A stretch of 64,000 bases of DNA. It comes from Granulicella sp. GTDB taxonomy: Bacteria; Acidobacteriota; Terriglobia; Terriglobales; Acidobacteriaceae. The translations under genes were made by a program, and so were the position numbers. Location of the stretch: assembly GCA_027339965.1 (NCBI GenBank), contig DAHWNL010000006.1:55381-119380 (forward strand), read 5' to 3'. A model generated the notes under the pieces. The model was not told where the DNA came from and searched no databases. It saw only the letters and a list, made by a program, of their open reading frames with translations. Shown here piece by piece: positions 41,012 to 48,791 of the stretch (the stretch's first letter is position 1; each line of letters starts with the position of its first letter).

Positions 41012-44000
41012 TTACCTTTCCGCCCGCGTCTGCTTCACCGGATAGGCTACCTTCAGGGTCAGAATCTCGTAAGGCTTGATCGAAACCGTCACTACATCAC
41101 CCTTCAATGGCAGGTGATCTGCACCAGAGATGGGATCTTCCATCAGGTTTGTCTCAACGGCGTATGTGGCGCCCTCCGGCACATGGAGCTTCACCTGGGT
41201 AGCCTTGCCGGCCCACTCGTACATTCGGATGATCAGGGCCTGGGCGTCTTCAGCCTTCTTGACCGCACTGAGGGTGACATTGGGGCTCTCCAAAGAAAGA
41301 AAGGAGTGACTGGCCCGCATCTCGCCGCTATGAGGAAAGACCTGTTCGCCCAGCAGCGGGGTGTTGAACTCATATCCGCGGCGGACCGTAAGGGCATCCC
41401 GCCAGCTTCCGCGATGGGGGTAGATCTCATAGGTAAAGTGCTGGACGCCGCGGTCGGCGTCCGGATCAGGCGAGGTGGGCGAGCGCAGGAGAGTCAGGCG
41501 AAGCAGATTCCCGATGGCGTCATAGCCGTACTTGCTGTTGTTCAGGATGGACACCCCCGCCGTGTCATCGCCCAGATCGGCCCAGCGCAGCGCCGGAACC
41601 TCAAACCTCGCCTTCTCCCAGGAATTATTGCGGGTTGTGGGCCGCTCGATGTTTCCGAAGGGAATCTCGTAGGTAGCCTGACTGCTGGAGTGCGCCAGCG
41701 GAAAGGCGGCCTTGAGAAGGATGTGCGTCTCGTGCCAATCGACGGTGTTGGCAACCCGCACCACATCGGCGTCGGCATCCAGCGAGATCTCCTGAACGAA
41801 GTGCGACTTGTCCCAGGTGCGCTCAATCCGGATGGTCTTGCGCAGTGGGCCATTCTCGCTCACCGCAATGGAGTCTACCGCCATGATGGGCGTTGGATGG
41901 TCCAACGTGCCGTAGTCGATGTTCCATGCGTCGTACTGCTTAGGCTTATCGACAAAGGTCTGGAGCTGGTTGCCGCAGCCGTTCGTGGCAATATACTCGG
42001 TGGCTCCGGTTCGCAGGCTGGTGATGCAGCCGCTATGCCGGTCGATGACCAGCTTCAAATGGTCATTCGCCAACGTATAGGCGGCGTTCGTCTGCAGCAA
42101 AGTAAGACGGCCGGCAGGCGGCTGGGCGGGACCCGGCTCCGCATAAAGCTCCGTGTAGCCCATGGCAGGAACATGATTCACCCGGGCCAGGACCTTAAAC
42201 TGGTGGGTGGCAGCGTCCCTTGAGATTACCTGGGTAAGAATGGGGCGGTGATTCGAGTCCAGGACCCTGACGCCGGCTGCGGCTTCCGGAAGCTGGAAGT
42301 TCAACTTCACCGTCTCGGCGCGCGGCCAGGCCATGGTGTTGTAGATCAGGATGGGCGTAGATCTCGCTGCGCCTGCGATCGGGAGCGTATCGATCCGAGC
42401 ATCCAGGGTGCCGAGCGCCGCCTGGTCAATGTTGTGGTCGGCGTTGTACACCTGGGTAAAGTCGTTGGCCGCATCGCGATAGATCACCGCAATGCCGGAG
42501 CCGGCCGCCAGATCATGGAACTCGTTGAATGTGATCTTCTCCCAGTTGGTGTTCAGCGTCTCATCGGGATAGACCTCACCGTCCAGCCATGCCAGCGAGG
42601 CCAGCTTCTCTGCGTTGAGCGTAGCGGTCTCGCTGCGACGAATATTGCGCTTCTGGGCCGCTTGGGTGGTGAAGACGCCGCGATGAAACTCAAGATAGAG
42701 CTCATCCTTCCAGGTGGGAATTCCCATCTCCCCGTCAGGACCAGCAGGGGGAGCGGTGTAGCCCTTGGCGATGGAGGCGTAGTCCCAGGTGGGAGAATCC
42801 GGATTCAGATGCTTCTGAACCTGATCAAAGTAGCTCTGCGCCTTACTGAAGCGCATGGTTGGAAGCGCTGAGTCGGCTTGGGAGCTGAGATTCATCCAGT
42901 GCGCTCCCTGATCCAGCATGGCGCGAGTCGGACCTCCGCCGTGGTCACCCACCCCAAACAGGTCCAGTTGCTCCACCGTACCCGGATTGCGCTGGGCAGT
43001 CTCAGCGAAGTCCGCTGAGATACGAGCCGGATTCAGATCCAGGTGAACGTAGTCGGTGGGAAAGTATGTCAGCACCTTGGATCCATCCGGGGATTCCCAC
43101 CAGAACAGCCGGAAGGGCAACTGGTTGGTATCGTTCCAGTGCATCTTCTGGGTGACAAAGTAATCCAGGCCGCTGCGCTTGTAAATCTGCGGCAACTGCC
43201 AGTTGTATCCAAAACTGTCTGGATTCCAGCCGATGCGCGCGGTAACCCCGTACTCTTTTTTGAAGAAGCGCTGGCCGACCAGAAGCTGGCGGACCTGGCT
43301 CTCGCCGCTGGGGATGTTCAGGTCGGGCTCAACCCACATTCCGCCCACCACCTCCCAACGACCCTCCTTGATGCGCTGCCGTATCTGGTCATTGATCTCC
43401 GGATACTTGTCCGCCATCCACTCGTAGTACTGCGCCGCCGACTGGGTGTACACGTAGCCCGGATACTCGTCCATGAGCTGCAGCGCCGTGCTGAACGTGC
43501 GCCGGACCGCGTCGACGGTCTCCGACCGCGGCCAAAGCCATGCGGCGTCAATGTGGGCGTTGCCGTCCTCATCCATCTTTAACTGTTGCAGCAGCGGATG
43601 CAGTTGGGCCAGAATCTGCTGCGCCTTGCGCAGCGAGGCGTCGAAGGCGGTCTGGTTCGCGGTCTTCAGAGCATTGGTATCAATGGCGGCGATCGCCTGT
43701 TCCACCACCGGCAGCCGGTCCTGGCCCGAGTTGGGAAGCGCAGGCAGCAAGTGGGACGCGGCGATGCACTGGATGCGAATGTCCTGTGGATTTGGCCTCG
43801 CGCTGGAGACGAGATCATCCGGGTTTGGCGCCACCCGCAGCTCCACTCCCTGAAATCTCTTGACATCCACAGTATGCAGCAGCTTTACCGCAACCAGAAT
43901 CTTCTCGCCGGGCAGAGCCGGAGCAAACAGCACGATCGGCTCGAGATCGGCGCCGAGCGCTACCCGGCGGCCATTGAAGTAGACGATCTCGGGAACCGGG

Positions 44001-44395
44001 CCATGGGCGTCGGCCCGAAATTGAAACCAGATCCGAGAACCGGTGATGTCATAGCCATGCAGCGTCCGCGGCACCTCAATGACCCGGCGATACCAGACCG
44101 CATCCTGGGGCGCCGTTGAGTGCGGCATCACCTGCGACCAGGAGGAATCATCCAGCGTGGGCGATTCTCCGTGTGGAATATCCCCTGCGTGGAAGCGCCA
44201 TGGGCCTTCAGCCAGATCTGTCAGCGTCCCCAGAACCTGCAGCTTGGCCATGGCTGCCGGCGAGAGATCCTTGAGCTCGCGCTTAGGCGTAAAGGACTGA
44301 GCTGGTGCGGTCGTCAGAGGGAAAACCGACGCAGAAAAGAGAAATATTGCAAGACCAGCAGGCGCAAAAAGCAGAGAACGAAAACGGGTTGACAT
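41012..44395 (-). CDS. Exported alpha-mannosidase (GH38)
   Basis: AHIDAAWLWP, GGMWVEPD, WNPDSFGY, GVGDHGGGP, ELYLEFHRG, FHDL and LTLLRSP; signal peptide follows ATG 44395. Confidence 0.92.
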   Translation of the reverse strand: MSTRFRSLLFAPAGLAIFLFSASVFPLTTAPAQSFTPKRELKDLSPAAMAKLQVLGTLTDLAEGPWRFHAGDIPHGESPTLDDSSWSQVMPHSTAPQDAVWYRRVIEVPRTLHGYDITGSRIWFQFRADAHGPVPEIVYFNGRRVALGADLEPIVLFAPALPGEKILVAVKLLHTVDVKRFQGVELRVAPNPDDLVSSARPNPQDIRIQCIAASHLLPALPNSGQDRLPVVEQAIAAIDTNALKTANQTAFDASLRKAQQILAQLHPLLQQLKMDEDGNAHIDAAWLWPRSETVDAVRRTFSTALQLMDEYPGYVYTQSAAQYYEWMADKYPEINDQIRQRIKEGRWEVVGGMWVEPDLNIPSGESQVRQLLVGQRFFKKEYGVTARIGWNPDSFGYNWQLPQIYKRSGLDYFVTQKMHWNDTNQLPFRLFWWESPDGSKVLTYFPTDYVHLDLNPARISADFAETAQRNPGTVEQLDLFGVGDHGGGPTRAMLDQGAHWMNLSSQADSALPTMRFSKAQSYFDQVQKHLNPDSPTWDYASIAKGYTAPPAGPDGEMGIPTWKDELYLEFHRGVFTTQAAQKRNIRRSETATLNAEKLASLAWLDGEVYPDETLNTNWEKITFNEFHDLAAGSGIAVIYRDAANDFTQVYNADHNIDQAALGTLDARIDTLPIAGAARSTPILIYNTMAWPRAETVKLNFQLPEAAAGVRVLDSNHRPILTQVISRDAATHQFKVLARVNHVPAMGYTELYAEPGPAQPPAGRLTLLQTNAAYTLANDHLKLVIDRHSGCITSLRTGATEYIATNGCGNQLQTFVDKPKQYDAWNIDYGTLDHPTPIMAVDSIAVSENGPLRKTIRIERTWDKSHFVQEISLDADADVVRVANTVDWHETHILLKAAFPLAHSSSQATYEIPFGNIERPTTRNNSWEKARFEVPALRWADLGDDTAGVSILNNSKYGYDAIGNLLRLTLLRSPTSPDPDADRGVQHFTYEIYPHRGSWRDALTVRRGYEFNTPLLGEQVFPHSGEMRASHSFLSLESPNVTLSAVKKAEDAQALIIRMYEWAGKATQVKLHVPEGATYAVETNLMEDPISGADHLPLKGDVVTVSIKPYEILTLKVAYPVKQTRAER

Positions 44396-44563
44396 AGCCG
44401 AAATCATAGCAAAGCAGACCAAGTTCCACAGAGATAATCCAACGCAGCGCATGGATCCTGTTGAGCCAACAGAGTTTGACTCCTCTCCATCCACGCGGCT
44501 CTCGCTCGCTTGCATCACCCGCCGCAAGGCACGGTCGGCAGCCTGCTCTCACCCTCCTAATAG

Positions 44564-44752
44564 TTGCCGAAGTCCGGATTTCGGGGTCCGGCAGGACACC
44601 TGCATCCGCGAAAGCGCAGGCCGAGCCCCGTGCGGCTGTTTCCAAGCGCGGATACCAGCGGTGGCCCGGGCAGGACTTTGATCAAAAAGACCGATGCGGG
44701 CGACCCAGAGGTCGGGCGACAGAGCAGGCGGCCCCTGGTCGGAACTCGGCAA
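44564..44752. repeat. ~190-nt rod-like imperfect hairpin
   Basis: TTGCCGAAGTCCG 44564-44576/CGGAACTCGGCAA 44740-44752; CCTGCATC/GATGCGGG; inner CCGAGCC/GGCCCGG and GCTG/CAGC; side hairpin CGC-GAAA-GCG. Confidence 0.55.
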
Positions 44753-44761
44753 GGGAACGGT

Positions 44762-46189
44762 CTACGGAACCCTCGCAGCCTCCCGCTTTGGCCCCGGCAC
44801 ACTACGGGAGGATCGCAGAAGATTCGAAGTCCTCAGCAGCTTCCAGTCATGCTCTGTCTTGTCCGCATAGGAGCGTGCAAAGCTGAGAACGGCTTGATCA
44901 AAGCGGTCGGACGATCCGAGATAGGCAGCGATGGCGACTGGATCACCTGCCCGGGCGTGTCCGCGGGAGAGAACTTCGCCGCACAGATCCGCATACCCCA
45001 GCAGAGAAGCCGCGGTCAGATGATCAAGATCCAGCGAGGCCTTGTGATCGCTGAGCTGGCGCACCAGGTAATCTCGACCCTCCAGGGTGGTATAGCCAAG
45101 AAGCGGGTCAGAGGTAAGCTGCATCGCGCGTTGCCCCTCCACCACCCGACGGCCCTGATGACGATGCTTCGAACCATCGGGAAGGTAACGTGCATAGGAA
45201 GAATCCGCCTCCTGCTTCATCTGCAGAAAGAGTGGGTCCGAACCATGTTGACATCTGGGACCCTCACAGTAGATCACATAGTCGCGCATCCCCACCGACC
45301 CGGTTCCAACCACCTTGAAAGCTACATCCCGGGGGCAGTATTGCTCCAAAAAGTGTTGCCTCTCCGGTTGTAAGGTGTGCAAATAGGGGCCAAGCGCATC
45401 CAGCACCGCCTTGGCTCTTCGCGAGGAAAGGCGCTCCAGCAATGGAGGTTGGGAGCGAAAGACACGCGGGAGAGCCGCGGCAGGCGGCCGCCACGGCGCC
45501 GGCCCTGGCCGCTGGAGCTCGCATCCAGGGCCGGTTGCGTCCGGTTCCGTCAGCGTCTTCAGGATCTTCAGCGGCGTTGAGCGCTCCGCCTGTGCAAGAA
45601 TGGCCGGCATCGGCTCCATCTCCGCCAGGCGGTGAATCTGGTACCGCGCCAGCTCCAGCACGGGCATGGCGGCAAAGCGATGCATCCAGATGCGGTACTG
45701 GCGAAGAAAGTGGAGCACGGCTCCGTGACGCGCGCTGCGCTTGATGTCCGCTTCCCTTCCGGCCAGAATCAGGCTGGTCGCCAGACGCTTGACGTCAAAT
45801 TCAAACGGTCCGCCGATGGTCTCGTCAAAGTCATTGATATCGAAGACCAGCCTGCCGTCCAACGCAGCGAAGGCGCCCAGATTGAGCACGTGCGCGTCGC
45901 CGCAGATCTGGGTGATGATCCCTGTATGAGGATGGCAGGAGAGGTCGGCCGCCATGATCGGGACAGACCCTCGGAAGAACCCGAACGGGCTGGCGGCCAT
46001 ACGCTCATACTTCACTGGAATCAGGTGCGCCACCCGATCGCGCATGGAGGCCCGCAACAACTCCAACGGATCCTTTGGACAGCGCGCAATCGTCAGTCGA
46101 GCCTGCTGGCTGCGTGGCAACTGTTTTCGAGCCCGCAGACCCAGAGCTCTCCTTTCGGCCTGTCGGAGAGGTGCCCAGAGTATCGCCAT
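44762..46189 (-). CDS. DUF2252 family protein
   Basis: RMAASPFGFFRGS, CGDAHVLNLG, FDINDFDE, FKVVGTGSVG, LQMKQE, GRRVVEGQRAMQ and HARAGD. Confidence 0.88.
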   Translation of the reverse strand: MAILWAPLRQAERRALGLRARKQLPRSQQARLTIARCPKDPLELLRASMRDRVAHLIPVKYERMAASPFGFFRGSVPIMAADLSCHPHTGIITQICGDAHVLNLGAFAALDGRLVFDINDFDETIGGPFEFDVKRLATSLILAGREADIKRSARHGAVLHFLRQYRIWMHRFAAMPVLELARYQIHRLAEMEPMPAILAQAERSTPLKILKTLTEPDATGPGCELQRPGPAPWRPPAAALPRVFRSQPPLLERLSSRRAKAVLDALGPYLHTLQPERQHFLEQYCPRDVAFKVVGTGSVGMRDYVIYCEGPRCQHGSDPLFLQMKQEADSSYARYLPDGSKHRHQGRRVVEGQRAMQLTSDPLLGYTTLEGRDYLVRQLSDHKASLDLDHLTAASLLGYADLCGEVLSRGHARAGDPVAIAAYLGSSDRFDQAVLSFARSYADKTEHDWKLLRTSNLLRSSRSVPGPKREAARVP

Positions 46190-46256
46190 AGAGCGAATCC
46201 TACCCTAAGAAACTGCTTGTGAGTATGTTGCTGAATGTATAGAACCACGGTAAGCC

Positions 46257-46625
46257 ATGCAGGAATGCGGCCGCGAATGGCCAAACCGCCCGGCTCTCCT
46301 CGAAATCCGCGTTACGCTGCCTGACGAACGCGCAAGTCGGCTCTTACAGGGACCCAAAGTCACCTCTCAACTGTTCCCACCGCACAATGGACGGCGCTGC
46401 AAAGCGTTATATTGGGCACATCATGAGAAGATTCGAGGTGACTCTTTTCGTCCCCAGTTCGAACTGCGGTCGCTTAATTTCACCAAGCCATAGCGGGCCT
46501 ATGATCGACCCTTTCGGGAAGCAGCAGCGATGTCTCGCATTGGCATCTGACTGAAAATTCGAAGAGAGCGGACAAACAACCACAGAGTACGCAATGCTCT
46601 TCGCGGGCCCGAAGCAAGAATGCAT
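46257..46625. repeat. ~370-nt imperfect fold-back between the divergent DUF2252 and Crp genes
   Basis: CCGCGAA 46271-46277/TTCGCGG 46600-46606; GCTCTCCTCGAA 46293-46304/TTCGAAGAGAGC 46558-46569; GGGAC/GTCCC; perfect AGTCACCTC 46358-46366/GAGGTGACT 46435-46443. Confidence 0.7.
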
Positions 46626-46669
46626 CCCGTTGTGGATCCATCTTGAACCTCGCTAGAGAAGGATCGAAC

Positions 46670-47380
46670 GTGCCTGCCAACACTGGAAATCTTCTTCTCG
46701 ACTCCCTCTCGCCGGAGTTGCGTACAGAGATTCTCGCCCTTGGCCGCCCCATCGATCTGCCCAGTCGAACCGTGCTGCAGGAGCAAGGCGAACGCTCAGC
46801 TTATGTCTACTTTCTCACCGGCGGGGTAGCATCTTTTGTGGTCACCATGGCGCAGGGTGGCAGCGCGGAGGTTGGCTTTACCGGACGCGAAGGGCTGGTG
46901 GGCGCGATGCAACTGCTTGGGCCGGCAGGGATGCCTTCACAATCCTACATGCTTGCGCCGGGCTCTGCGCTGCGAGTTCGCAGTGAAGACCTTTGTCCGC
47001 TCTTTCACAACACTCCGGAACTGCGCGGCAGGATTCTGGAGTTTGTGCAACAACAGTGCATTAGCCTGGAACAGAGCACAGCCTGCAACAAGATCCATGA
47101 AGTCGAGCAGCGTCTGGCTCGTTGGCTGCTCATGTGCCATGACCGCTCTTGCCAGGAGACCATGATGCTTACGCAAGAGTTCATGGCCGACATGCTTGGC
47201 ACGCGCCGCACCACGGTGACCATGGTCGCCGGATCTCTCCAGGAGCGCGGCATGATCAGCTACCGTCGCGGCAGGATCACGATTCTCTCCGCCTCCGAAC
47301 TGGAGAAGGCGGCCTGCCCCTGCTATCGAATCTGCAGCAAAGCTCTGCACAACCTGTACCGACATCCCCGGGCGGAGTAG
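46670..47380 (+). CDS. Crp/Fnr family transcriptional regulator
   Basis: NLLLDSL, EVGFTGREG, CNKIHEVEQRLARWLL and the HTH LTQEFMADMLGTRRTTVT. Confidence 0.92.
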   Translation: MPANTGNLLLDSLSPELRTEILALGRPIDLPSRTVLQEQGERSAYVYFLTGGVASFVVTMAQGGSAEVGFTGREGLVGAMQLLGPAGMPSQSYMLAPGSALRVRSEDLCPLFHNTPELRGRILEFVQQQCISLEQSTACNKIHEVEQRLARWLLMCHDRSCQETMMLTQEFMADMLGTRRTTVTMVAGSLQERGMISYRRGRITILSASELEKAACPCYRICSKALHNLYRHPRAE

Positions 47381-47665
47381 GAAGGCAAGCCTTCCGCCGG
47401 CGATACGCCTAGCCTACTTTCCTGATCCACTTTCCAGATCCACGCCAGCTCCGGTGGACCAGGAAACCATATGGTGGTCCGAGATTGCATCCCGGCGCAC
47501 GATGTGTACGATCGACTGTCCCGCGACTCTGCGCGTGAGGCGCAACCGGCTCCGCCGGAGGCCGCGGCCAATCATCCTGACGGTATACACTGAGGGTGAT
47601 CCGTGCCGCCTCTTGCCTGAAGCTTGATGGCGGGCTGGACTGTCTGAGCCCCGGTGGTAACCACA

Positions 47666-48703
47666 ATGGAGACAGTCGCCGCAGCAAATCCACAGCCAGC
47701 CGCACGCAAGGGAAACAGCTTAGCCTGCAAGCCGGCGATGCTTGGCGGACGGGAGCTTGCGCCCAACCGAGGAACTCCCCTGAATCTGGATTGGATCGAG
47801 GCTGTGCGGGTCAACACCAGCGCCGTGGAACGGCGCGCCGCTACAATTCCTTCCCGCCGCATGGTCAAGAAGGAGTGGCAGGCAGCGTGGCTGTTACGCG
47901 CCATCGCCTGCATGGACCTCACCACCTTGAGCGGAGACGACTCCGCCGAGCGTGTTCGCAGGCTCTGCGCCAAGGCGCGGCGACCCCTTCAGGACCACCT
48001 GGTGAACGCTTTGGGATGGCAAGACTCGCCTCTCCATGTCGGCGCGGTCTGCGTCTACCATGCTTTTGTCGAGACTGCGGTCGAGGCCCTCGAAGGCTCA
48101 GGCATCCCCGTGGCTGCGGTCTCTACCGGCTTCCCTGCAGGACTCTCCCCCCTGGAGACGCGCATCGCCGAGATCCACCGCAGCCTGGACGCCGGCGCCA
48201 GTGAGATCGACATTGTCATCACCCGCGCCCATGTCTTCCGTGGGGAGTGGAACGCCCTGTACGACGAGGTTGCCGCATTCAAGGATGCCTGCGGTCCGGC
48301 CTCTATGAAAGCCATTCTGGGTGCCGGCGACCTGCTGACTCTGCGCAACGTGGCTCGCGCCAGTTGGGTGGCCATGATGGCTGGAGCGGACTTTATCAAG
48401 ACCAGCACTGGCAAAGAGGCTGTGAACGCAACTCTGCCGGTAAGCCTTGTGATGATTCGTGCGCTGCGCGAGTACGCCGAGCGCACGGGCATGGCCGTGG
48501 GCTTCAAACCCGCAGGGGGCATCAAGACCGCCAAACAGGCTCTGGATTGGCTGGCAACCGTCAAGGACGAGTTGGACCGTTCCTGGCTGGAGCCTTCGCT
48601 TTTGCGCTTTGGAGCCAGCTCCCTGCTGGGCGATATCGAGCGCCAGTTGGAGCATTTCGTCACGGCAAGATACTCGGCGGCTTATCGTCACCCTTTCGCA
48701 TGA
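47666..48703 (+). CDS. deoC: Deoxyribose-phosphate aldolase (long type)
   Basis: MDLTTLSGDD, AVCVY, GFPAG, EIDIVI, ADFIKTSTGK, GFKPAGGI and RFGASSLL. Confidence 0.95.
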   Translation: METVAAANPQPAARKGNSLACKPAMLGGRELAPNRGTPLNLDWIEAVRVNTSAVERRAATIPSRRMVKKEWQAAWLLRAIACMDLTTLSGDDSAERVRRLCAKARRPLQDHLVNALGWQDSPLHVGAVCVYHAFVETAVEALEGSGIPVAAVSTGFPAGLSPLETRIAEIHRSLDAGASEIDIVITRAHVFRGEWNALYDEVAAFKDACGPASMKAILGAGDLLTLRNVARASWVAMMAGADFIKTSTGKEAVNATLPVSLVMIRALREYAERTGMAVGFKPAGGIKTAKQALDWLATVKDELDRSWLEPSLLRFGASSLLGDIERQLEHFVTARYSAAYRHPFA

Positions 48704-48791
48704 GCGCCCGGCAGACCATGGAAGCTGATATATAGGACGGCGAGTTGAATCCCCAGCTTCTTCCGCGCCACCGCCGAGGAGAGGACAAGAG

